A stretch of 64,000 nt of DNA from NCBI GenBank assembly GCA_965248835.1, contig CBDFLJ010000002.1, positions 960,001 to 1,024,000 of the forward strand. The letters run 5' to 3'. Positions 10,067 to 17,868 of this stretch are shown piece after piece. The stretch's first letter is position 1; each line of letters starts with the position of its first letter. The notes under the pieces are model-generated. The model searched no databases. It was given only the letters and a program-made list of their open reading frames with translations, and had not been told where the DNA came from. The position numbers and the translations under genes are program-made. Origin of the DNA: Alphaproteobacteria bacterium (GTDB lineage: Bacteria; Pseudomonadota; Alphaproteobacteria; MPNO01).

Positions 10067-10903
10067 ATGACATTCGAAACGATAAAGTTCTCGCCGGCGC
10101 TCGGCGCGGAGATTCGCGGGATCGATCTGCGCCGGCCCCTGGATGCCGAAACCGTGGCCGCGCTGCGGGCAGCCTGGCTCGACCACCTGGTTCTGGTGTT
10201 CCGCGGCCAGGACCTCGACGAGGACGATCAGGCACGGTTCGCCGGTGCTTTCGGAACGCCCAGCGCGACCCAGAGACCCGACAAGCGCAGCGAGAAGCAC
10301 AACCCCGACCCGCGGATTCTGCTAATCACCAACATCCGCGAGGACGGCAAGCCGATCGGCTTTCTGCCGGACGGCGAACTGCAGTTCCACTCCGATTCGG
10401 CGTTTCTCGAACACCCGTTGATGGCGACCGTGCTCTACGCCGTCGCGATCCCGTCGCATGGCGGCAACACGCTGTTCGCCAACGCCTACATGGCCTTCGA
10501 GGCCTTGCCGCCGGCGCTGAAGCGCCGGCTGGACGGCCGAAAGGGGCACAACGTCTACGACTACACCACCCAGGTAAAGACCGGGAAGCTCGACCGAACC
10601 GGCTTGCCCCATGCCGTCCATCCGGTCATCCGCACCCACCCCGAGACCGGCGGCAAGGTCCTCTACGTCAACCGGCTGATGACCGAGGAGATCGACGGCA
10701 TGGCGCCCGAGGAAAGCACGGAGATCCTGGCCGCGCTGTTCGCGACCATCGAGCGCCCGGAATTCGTTTACGAGCACGTCTGGCGCCGTGGCGATCTGAT
10801 CATCTGGGACAACCGCTGCGTCCAGCACGCCCGGCGCGACTTCCCCGCCGACCAGACCCGCCTGATGCGCCGCATCGGCATCGCCGGCGATACGCCGCAT
10901 TGA
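10067..10903 (+). CDS. TauD/TfdA family Fe(II)/2-oxoglutarate dioxygenase
   Basis: LGAEIRGIDL, FHSDSAF (HxD), GGNTLFAN, HPVIRTHPETG, IWDNRCVQHAR. Confidence 0.95.
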   Translation: MTFETIKFSPALGAEIRGIDLRRPLDAETVAALRAAWLDHLVLVFRGQDLDEDDQARFAGAFGTPSATQRPDKRSEKHNPDPRILLITNIREDGKPIGFLPDGELQFHSDSAFLEHPLMATVLYAVAIPSHGGNTLFANAYMAFEALPPALKRRLDGRKGHNVYDYTTQVKTGKLDRTGLPHAVHPVIRTHPETGGKVLYVNRLMTEEIDGMAPEESTEILAALFATIERPEFVYEHVWRRGDLIIWDNRCVQHARRDFPADQTRLMRRIGIAGDTPH

Positions 10904-10910
10904 CGCGTGT

Positions 10911-12563
10911 TCAGGAGCCGTCGCCCGGCCCGGGCGGTGCGAGCCCGGCATTGACCTGCTCGGCGAGACGGCGCCGGTTGACCCGCATGGTCGGGCCGCG
11001 CGGAAAATCCGCGACCACCACCAGGCAGGCCGGGAACTTGTAGCGGGCGATTTCCCGGTCGCGGAGGAAGTCGACGATCTCCTCCAGCGTCACCTCGGCG
11101 CCCTGGCTGGGGATCACGCATAGGCAGGGAACCTCGCCCAGCGTCGGATCGGGGATGCCGATAACTGCGGTCTCGAGGATCTTGGGATGGTCGGCCAGGA
11201 TGTCTTCGAGCTCGAGCGGAAAGATATTGGCCCCGCCGCGGTTGATCATCTCCTTCATGCGCCCGATCAGCGTAACGTATCCGTGCGCGTCGATCGTCGC
11301 GATGTCGCCGGTCCGGAACCACCCGTCCGGACCCAGCGCGCCCCAGGCCTCCACCGTCCTCTCCGGGTCCCGGTAATAGCCCGAGCTGGTCGCGGCGCCG
11401 CGGACCAGCAATTCGCCCGGCGATCCCGGGGGCAGGGCGTCGCCCGCCGTATCGACGACCCGCACCTCGCCGCCCGGCACGACCTTGCCGACCGCCTCGC
11501 TGTGGCGGATCTGCGGCGGGTCCTCGACCGACATCTGGCCGAACGGACAAGCCTCCATCGCCCCGCCGGCCTTCACCAGGATGCACCCGAGCCGCTCTTC
11601 GGCCCGCTTGACGACCGCGGCCGGGATGCCGGCCGCGCCGGTGCGCACGATCCTGAGCGATCCGATGTCGTGGGCCTCGATCTCCGGCGAGTCGACCAGC
11701 CGGGCGACGATGGCCGGGGCGGTCATGACCGCCGTGATGCGCTCCCGCTCGATCAGGGAAAGCATGGTCTGCGGGCCGAAGCCGTCGCTCAGGACGAGCG
11801 CGGCGCCGCTGACAATCCAGGCGGCCCAGGCGTGGTAGCCGGGGCCGCCCGACAGGGGCGCGAAGCAGCCGATGGTGTCCCGGTGGTCCAGACGCATGCG
11901 CTCGGCCGCGCCGCGGCCCCACAGAAGCTCCTGCTGTTCGGGCCGCTCGACGAGCTTCGGCGTGCCGGTGCTGCCGCTGGTGACGACGAGCTTGGTGACC
12001 TCGAACGGCCCGAACCGCTTCTCGGCGGAAGGCTCCGGGCCGAGGGCGGCGTCCTCGAGCGCGATATGCACGCAGTCATCGGCATCGATCGTGGGCCCGA
12101 GGACGAGGATCTGCAATTCCGGCGCGCCCCGCCGGAGCGCCCTGGCGAGCCCCAGCGTATCGGTGTCGCGAAACCGTTCCGGCACCAGGATAGCGTCGGG
12201 CCGAAGGACCTCGATCACCGCTTCCAGCTCGCCGCGGCGCCATACCACTGGGACATAGACGCCCAGCAGCCCAACCCGCTTGAGCGCCAGGCGGACCAGG
12301 CAGCTTTCCGCGGTGTTATGGAGCTGGACGACCACCGGCGTGTCCCGTTCCAGGCCCAGCCGGTCGAGCTGGCGCGCCATGCTTGCCACCGCAGCGCGCG
12401 CCGCGGCCCATGTCAGCCGCCTGTGGGGGTCGACGAGCGCGACATCGTCCGGGCGCGCTTCGGCATGCCGATCCAGGATGTCGAGCGTCGTCTCATGCCG
12501 CCAGAACCCCTGCCGGACATAGGCTTCGATCATCTCGGGCGTGAAACGCGTGGGCTGGGACAT
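10911..12563 (-). CDS. ANL-superfamily adenylate-forming enzyme (aryl/alicyclic acyl-CoA ligase-like) with atypical A5 and A10 motifs
   Basis: Start MSQPTRFTPEMIEAYVRQGFW; TSGSTGTPK, WFRTGD, GRMKEMINRGGANIFPLELE. Confidence 0.9.
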   Translation of the reverse strand: MSQPTRFTPEMIEAYVRQGFWRHETTLDILDRHAEARPDDVALVDPHRRLTWAAARAAVASMARQLDRLGLERDTPVVVQLHNTAESCLVRLALKRVGLLGVYVPVVWRRGELEAVIEVLRPDAILVPERFRDTDTLGLARALRRGAPELQILVLGPTIDADDCVHIALEDAALGPEPSAEKRFGPFEVTKLVVTSGSTGTPKLVERPEQQELLWGRGAAERMRLDHRDTIGCFAPLSGGPGYHAWAAWIVSGAALVLSDGFGPQTMLSLIERERITAVMTAPAIVARLVDSPEIEAHDIGSLRIVRTGAAGIPAAVVKRAEERLGCILVKAGGAMEACPFGQMSVEDPPQIRHSEAVGKVVPGGEVRVVDTAGDALPPGSPGELLVRGAATSSGYYRDPERTVEAWGALGPDGWFRTGDIATIDAHGYVTLIGRMKEMINRGGANIFPLELEDILADHPKILETAVIGIPDPTLGEVPCLCVIPSQGAEVTLEEIVDFLRDREIARYKFPACLVVVADFPRGPTMRVNRRRLAEQVNAGLAPPGPGDGS

Positions 12564-12597
12564 CGGCGATACGCGGCGGCGCGGCGGCCTCAGCCGG

Positions 12598-12858
12598 TCA
12601 GATCCGCGGCTCGAAGTGGCATGTCCGCTCCAGCCGCCGCAACAGCGCCTGCCTTTCCTCTTCGGTGTAGCGGCGCGGCTGGACGAAGATGGCATCGACC
12701 GGGCAATCGAACTCGCACAGGAAACATCCCTGGCAGTCCTCGGCGTATTTGACCCGGGCCTTGCCGGCGTCCATGCGGATCACGTCGGTCGGGCAGGAGT
12801 CCACACAGGCGCCGCAGCCCGTGCACACCCTGTCGTCGATCCTGACCTCAACATGCAT
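12598..12858 (-). CDS. 2x[4Fe-4S] ferredoxin (AprB/AsfB-like)
   Basis: CTGCGACVDSCP and CQGCFLCEFDCP; 5 nt downstream of the flavoprotein gene. Confidence 0.92.
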   Translation of the reverse strand: MHVEVRIDDRVCTGCGACVDSCPTDVIRMDAGKARVKYAEDCQGCFLCEFDCPVDAIFVQPRRYTEEERQALLRRLERTCHFEPRI

Positions 12859-12863
12859 CGCGG

Positions 12864-14579
12864 TCAGCTCCTGAAGAACGGATGCAGGACCTTGGTGCGA
12901 TCCGGTATCCGGTGATGCTCATCGGCCGGGATGGGTTCCTCGAACAGGTCGAGCGCGCCGTTCCCGCCGACCCGCGCGAAGGTGTATTTGAGCCAGTCCT
13001 GGTTATCCATATAGGGAAAGTCCTCGCGCAGCACGTTGCCGCGGCTCTCCGTCCGCCGCTGGACGACGTGCAGCGAGATCTCCATGCATTGCAGGAAATT
13101 GCCCATGCCGAGGACCTTCGCGAGGTCGTGCGGCTCCGACGCCTTCATGCCCGGGACCAGCCGGCGGCGGATGTCCTGGACCTTGGCGATGACGGTCTCG
13201 AGCCGTTCGGCGTTCAGGATCTCGGTGATGTCGGTCCCGTAGAGCCCTTCGAGCGCGTCCCTTGTGGTCGCGAAGCTCGTTCCCTCGGCGCGCGCCATCG
13301 GTTCCAGCGTGCGGTGCGCAAGCCGATCGACCTGCTCTTCCGGTGCCTGGATCTCCGCCGTCGCCTTGGCCGCTTCGCTCGCCGCGCGGCCGGCATACCA
13401 GCCGCCGACCGCGCAGAGGTTGAGCGCCTGGGCGAGACCCATGAACGCCCCGTCGGACGTGTTGCCCGCGGCATACAGGCCGGGGATCGTCGTCGCGCCG
13501 GTCTCGGCGACACGGATTCCGGCGCCGCCGAGCGTCCCGCTCTGGAACGGCAGCATGGTCACGAACGGCACCGGATCGCGGCTCGGGTCGTAGCCCGCCC
13601 GCTCATAGGTGTTGAGCACGATCGGGACGACCTGCTTGTAGAGCCTGAGGTCCTCCGGGCTGAGCCTTGTGGCGTCCTTGTAGATCGGCCCACGGCCGGC
13701 GCCGTATTCGCGGATCACCTCGCGGGCGAGACGGTAGCGGCGGATGCGGTCGCCGCCGGCGATCTCCTCGCCGTTGCCGTTGATGAAGCGGACGCCCAGC
13801 CCGGCCCCCATCTCCAGCCCCGGCGCGGAGAAGAACTCCGCCGGGATGACGCCCCAGCCGGCCAGGAACTCCATCTTGGAAAGCTGCGCCCCTGCGCGGT
13901 AGGCCGCGGCCACGCCATCGCCGGTGCAGTTGATGGGCATGCCGTGGAAGCCCGCGCCGGCCTTGGGATAGGGGATGTGCACCGGGCCGGTGCACAGGAT
14001 CGTCGTCTTGGCGCGGATGACGTGGAGCGCGCCTTCGATGACATCGAAACCGACCGCGCCGACCACCCGCCCGCCGGTCGGGTGCTGGCCGTCGGAGGTC
14101 AGCAGCTCGGTCACCATCACGCGGTTGATGACCTCGACTCCGCGGCGCAGAGTTTCGTTGCGCAGCGCCATCATGAACTGCGGGCCGCCCTCGGCCATCA
14201 TCGCATTGACCGGGAACAGCGGGCCGACGGCCATGTCGACCCGCTGGATCCTGCCCGCATCCTTGATCCACTTGACCCCCCACCGGTCCATCAGCTGGAG
14301 CAGTTCGCCGGTGACCTTGATGCCCTGGCGCAGCGCGGTGATGTTGACCATCGGGTTGGTATGGGCCTTCACCCACCGGTCGAGGTCGTCGCCTTCCATG
14401 TAGGCCTGGAAGACCCCCGATGCGACGGAGCTGGTGCCGCTCCGGCCGTAGAAGCCCTTGTCGACCAGCAGCACCCGGCCGCCCGCCTCGCTGGCCTTTA
14501 TGGCCGCGCAGGCGGCCGCGACGCCGCCGCCCACGACAAGGACGTCGGCAGCATGCTCATGCGCAGTGGGGATCGCCAA
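12864..14579 (-). CDS. SdhA/FrdA/AprA superfamily flavoprotein (AprA/AsfA-like, non-covalent FAD)
   Basis: DVLVVGGGVAA, GRSGTS (no covalent-FAD His), CTGDG, PGLYAAGN, RTESRG...REDFP; TTG start. Confidence 0.88.
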   Translation of the reverse strand: MAIPTAHEHAADVLVVGGGVAAACAAIKASEAGGRVLLVDKGFYGRSGTSSVASGVFQAYMEGDDLDRWVKAHTNPMVNITALRQGIKVTGELLQLMDRWGVKWIKDAGRIQRVDMAVGPLFPVNAMMAEGGPQFMMALRNETLRRGVEVINRVMVTELLTSDGQHPTGGRVVGAVGFDVIEGALHVIRAKTTILCTGPVHIPYPKAGAGFHGMPINCTGDGVAAAYRAGAQLSKMEFLAGWGVIPAEFFSAPGLEMGAGLGVRFINGNGEEIAGGDRIRRYRLAREVIREYGAGRGPIYKDATRLSPEDLRLYKQVVPIVLNTYERAGYDPSRDPVPFVTMLPFQSGTLGGAGIRVAETGATTIPGLYAAGNTSDGAFMGLAQALNLCAVGGWYAGRAASEAAKATAEIQAPEEQVDRLAHRTLEPMARAEGTSFATTRDALEGLYGTDITEILNAERLETVIAKVQDIRRRLVPGMKASEPHDLAKVLGMGNFLQCMEISLHVVQRRTESRGNVLREDFPYMDNQDWLKYTFARVGGNGALDLFEEPIPADEHHRIPDRTKVLHPFFRS

Positions 14580-14846
14580 GCTTCCGTATCCTCGGTTAGG
14601 CCTTCGCGGCGAGGAGCCTATCCGGTTTGTGCAATCGATAACAGCCGCCCGCCCGCCGCCGCCCGCGCTTGCGCCGGATCGAGTCGGACAGTGGCGTCAA
14701 CCAGCCTTCCACGGAGACCAGATTGTAGAATATGCGTCAACAGATTTCCGATATTCAGGGGAGCGTTGAAGGAGATTTCGAAGTCCAGGAAAGACTGCCC
14801 GCCGGATAGGATGCTCATCCCGTTTTTTGCGGTGCGATCACGCATC

Positions 14847-15344
14847 TCATTTGACCGGTATTTCACTGCAATGGCTGTGCCCATGCTTACCCTGCACGAT
14901 CTCGCGGATCGTTTTGGCGGTTTTCGCCTGTTTGGGGAAACGCACCATGGTTTCGAACGCTGTCAGATCGATCCATTTGAAATCGACGTGCAAATCCGAC
15001 TCGACCGTGACGGCTTTACTTTCGAGCTGGCAGGCCGCGCTCGGAACGAGCATGACCGTATCGTAATGGGCATCGAAATAGGTATTCACCGAGTCCAGGG
15101 CAAAAACCCGCACCGGGCGTTGACCGGTCTTTTCTGTCGGCTGTCGGACAAAGGCTTCGCTGAATTTTTCGCCTTCCCATATTTTGCCGGACACCGGCTG
15201 CCAGACGTCCGGTAGAACGATGTCGGGACGTCGTTTCAGGAGCAGGAATTCCATATCGCCGTCTGGGGCGACAAAATACGGATAGACATCAACATACAAC
15301 AGACCCGCCAGCCTAAGTCGGGACAGAAATTGATCAATTGACAT
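14847..15344 (-). CDS. NUDIX-fold protein (NudB-like) with degenerate Nudix box
   Basis: EFLLLKR, WQPVSGKIWEGE...RQPTEKTG, HVDFKW; AT-richer than flanks. Confidence 0.75.
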   Translation of the reverse strand: MSIDQFLSRLRLAGLLYVDVYPYFVAPDGDMEFLLLKRRPDIVLPDVWQPVSGKIWEGEKFSEAFVRQPTEKTGQRPVRVFALDSVNTYFDAHYDTVMLVPSAACQLESKAVTVESDLHVDFKWIDLTAFETMVRFPKQAKTAKTIREIVQGKHGHSHCSEIPVK

Positions 15345-15719
15345 GAATGACCTCCGTCTTCAACGTTTTCTGGGCAAACATACCGAGGAGTGACATCGGG
15401 ACATCACAAGATTCTCTCGGATGTCAGGAACGGCGGATTTGAAATCGTTGCATATCTGCAGTCTCCGAAACTTGTGGGGAATACGGCGCCTTCGGCGAAC
15501 TTGAAAGAGGATCCGTCCTCGAGACGAAACCGCACGCCGTCTTTCATGACGGATTGGACTTCCACGAATTGTTCGTCGACCTGCCCGAAGACGGGATCGT
15601 TGATTGTGAAGCGCACGCGGTCGCCGCGCTCAATGCACGCGCCGAGCCGTTCTCATTCCCTGGTTTCTCGGCGGCGGATTGCGGCGGCGGTCAAGAAGGA
15701 GATCGCCGACCGATCTGCG

Positions 15720-16100
15720 TTAGGGCAGCAGCGCTTTGTCCAGGAAGAAGAGCCCGGTCAGATAGGAGCGGACCGAGATCAGGCCGTTCGCGTTGTCGAC
15801 GACCTCGGAGTTGATCTGATCGCGCGCGAGCATCGTCCGGAGAACCGATGTCATGATCGCCGAATCGGCCTTCAACCCGGCGAGAAAGGCCGAAGCCTCG
15901 CCCCCGGCACCCGACAGCGCGTCGAGATCCTCGACGATGGCGGTCACGGCCGCTTCGAACTGGACCAGAAACGTCCTGATATGCGCCCCGTCGGCGCCGG
16001 CGCCTTCGTCGCTGCGGCCCTGGGCGGCATAGGCGAGCATGAACTCATAGGCTTCCTCGATCCTCTCGATATGCGCCCGGATGGCGTCCGGATCGCTCAT
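15720..16100 (-). CDS. Conserved-looking helical hypothetical protein, last gene of the periplasmic Mo-oxidoreductase operon
   Basis: MSDPDAIRAHIERIEEAYEFMLAYAAQG; start overlaps the cytochrome b stop (ATGA). Confidence 0.75.
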   Translation of the reverse strand: MSDPDAIRAHIERIEEAYEFMLAYAAQGRSDEGAGADGAHIRTFLVQFEAAVTAIVEDLDALSGAGGEASAFLAGLKADSAIMTSVLRTMLARDQINSEVVDNANGLISVRSYLTGLFFLDKALLP

Positions 16101-16690
16101 GCGCCCGGCTCCGGCATGCGTCCGGAGTTCGCAGTTTCGCGGCCCAGCACCATGGCCGCAAGCAGCCGCCGATGCTCGGGCAAAAACGCGAAATAGACAT
16201 GCAGGATGAAGAAGAAGATCAATAGCATCGATGCAGCACCGTGACAGACATAGACCAGCCCCCAGTCCCCATCGGAGAGAATCGACGGATCGCGGCGCCA
16301 CAACGGCGTATCGATCTTGGCAAGCATGATGCCGCCGGTTACCACCAGGACCAGGACCACCGCCGCGACCGACCAGTGGTAGAGCTTCTGGTTGAGGTCG
16401 TATTTGGCCGCGCCGTCTTCGGGCTCCCTCTTGAAGACCGTTCGCATGTCATCGCCCGTCGGCATCATGGTTCGGACGCCGTGCACCCAGACCGCCCGGT
16501 AGAGGTGAAAGAGGATCGCCAGCGTCAGCAAGACACCGGACATCCAGTGGATCGGAACCCAGTTGAAGCGGACGCCGAGGATCGGCAGGAACGCGGTTCC
16601 CAGCAGGACGATCACCAGCACCGCCATCGTCCAGTGGAACAGACGGTCCGGCCATTTGTGCCGAATGTCTTCAGCCGCGCTTCCCGACAT
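16097..16690 (-). CDS. Di-heme cytochrome b (FdnI/HyaC-like membrane anchor)
   Basis: Four TM helices with His in RLFHW, PIHW, LFHL, VCHG and ILHVY; KYDLNQKLYHW loop. Confidence 0.9.
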   Translation of the reverse strand: MSGSAAEDIRHKWPDRLFHWTMAVLVIVLLGTAFLPILGVRFNWVPIHWMSGVLLTLAILFHLYRAVWVHGVRTMMPTGDDMRTVFKREPEDGAAKYDLNQKLYHWSVAAVVLVLVVTGGIMLAKIDTPLWRRDPSILSDGDWGLVYVCHGAASMLLIFFFILHVYFAFLPEHRRLLAAMVLGRETANSGRMPEPGA

Positions 16691-16705
16691 GGTTGCGAAG
16701 GTTTC

Positions 16706-16852
16706 TCAACTCCGCCAAAAGGCCAGCCGCAGGAGTTGATGCACCATGATCCAGGCGATCGCCGCCGCGACCGGGAGCCAAAGCAGGTCCCAGGACATCC
16801 CGAGCAGCATCTCCTGGCCCCAGACGTTCTTCGAGAAGCGAAAGACCTCCAT
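16706..16852 (-). CDS. 48-aa single-pass membrane peptide (absent from the ORF track)
   Basis: Hand translation MEVFRFSKNVWGQEMLLGMSWDLLWLPVAAAIAWIMVHQLLRLAFWRS*; starts 4 nt after the FAD-subunit stop; GC3-rich codons. Confidence 0.75.
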   Translation of the reverse strand: MEVFRFSKNVWGQEMLLGMSWDLLWLPVAAAIAWIMVHQLLRLAFWRS

Positions 16853-16856
16853 TCAT

Positions 16857-17846
16857 TCAGGCGAGCGATCTGACGGCGCGCGCCGCCAAGCTCCCCATGA
16901 GCGGGATCTTGAAGTGGTTGTAGTTGAGCGCCTTCGCGCCGCGCGCGGCAACCCGTCGGGCCAGCGTTTCCAGCTCAGGCCCCGCCGTCTCGCCCTTCAT
17001 CAGGTCCTCGACCTCGCTCAACCGCCTTGGCGTGCATTGCACCCCGCCGCAGGCGATGCGCACATCGTTCACCTTGGCGCCCTCGGTCTTGGCCACCATG
17101 GCGATATTGACCAGGGCGAAGTCCCAGGTTTCGCGGTCGGCGACCTTCTCGAAATAGGACTTGGCGCCGGCCCATTTCTTGGGGATACGGACTTCCGTCA
17201 GGATGTCGCCCTTCTCGAGCGCCGTCATCCGGGTGATGTCGACCGCAGGCCCGATAAAGAACGCCTCGCTGGGCACCGTGCGCATCTTACCGTTGCGCGA
17301 GATCATCATTTCTGCTTCCAGCGCGACCAGGGCCGGCGCCGTGTCCGAGGGCGTCACCGCGACGCAGCGGGTGGCCTCGAACAGCGCATGCTCCCGGTTC
17401 ATCGCCGTCGGCGTGTTGGCGTAGCAGGTGTTGCCTCCGGCGCGGTAGCAGGGGAACCCGTCGCGGTAATAGGTGCAGCGGGTATCCTGGGAGACGTTGC
17501 CGCCGATGGTGCCGGCGTTGCGGATCTGCGGGCTCGCGACCTTGGCCGCGGCCTGGGTGAGGACCGGGAAGTTGTCCCGCAGCAGTGCGCTGTCCTCGAT
17601 TTCGGTCAGCGTGGTCGTCGCGCCGATTGAGACGTGATCGCCGCGGTCGCGGATTCCGTGCAGCTGCCCAAGTCCGCTGATGTCGATGACCGCCTGCGGC
17701 CGCTTATGCCGGTCCTTGAACCAGTCGAAGCTGTCCTTGCCGCCGGCGACGATCCAGGCGTCCTTGCCGTGCTCGTCCAGGAGTCGCGTCGCGTCCTCCA
17801 GGCTGGCGGGCGTATAGAGGTCGAACGCGTGCATGAAGTCAGTCAT
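16857..17846 (-). CDS. FAD-binding subunit with extra [4Fe-4S] insert (PaoB/HcrB-like)
   Basis: VASPQIRNAGTIGGN followed by RCTYYRDGFPCYRAGGNTCYA...RCVAVTPSD Cys motif. Confidence 0.92.
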   Translation of the reverse strand: MTDFMHAFDLYTPASLEDATRLLDEHGKDAWIVAGGKDSFDWFKDRHKRPQAVIDISGLGQLHGIRDRGDHVSIGATTTLTEIEDSALLRDNFPVLTQAAAKVASPQIRNAGTIGGNVSQDTRCTYYRDGFPCYRAGGNTCYANTPTAMNREHALFEATRCVAVTPSDTAPALVALEAEMMISRNGKMRTVPSEAFFIGPAVDITRMTALEKGDILTEVRIPKKWAGAKSYFEKVADRETWDFALVNIAMVAKTEGAKVNDVRIACGGVQCTPRRLSEVEDLMKGETAGPELETLARRVAARGAKALNYNHFKIPLMGSLAARAVRSLA

Positions 17847-17868
17847 TGGTCTGCCTCCGTTCCGCCGG

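Noticed and set aside
12598-14579. True dissimilatory APS reductase, or succinate dehydrogenase
   Set aside because: No sat, qmo, aprM or sdhBCD nearby; no covalent-FAD His; the ferredoxin lacks the long AprB tail
15404-15616. 70-aa minus-strand ORF
   Set aside because: No recognisable motif or RBS, and an in-frame stop shortly upstream; possibly a gene remnant but unsupported
16671-16856. 61-aa ORF from the track
   Set aside because: The alternative frame 16706-16852 gives a clean TM peptide with better codon usage and no overlap with the cytochrome b gene
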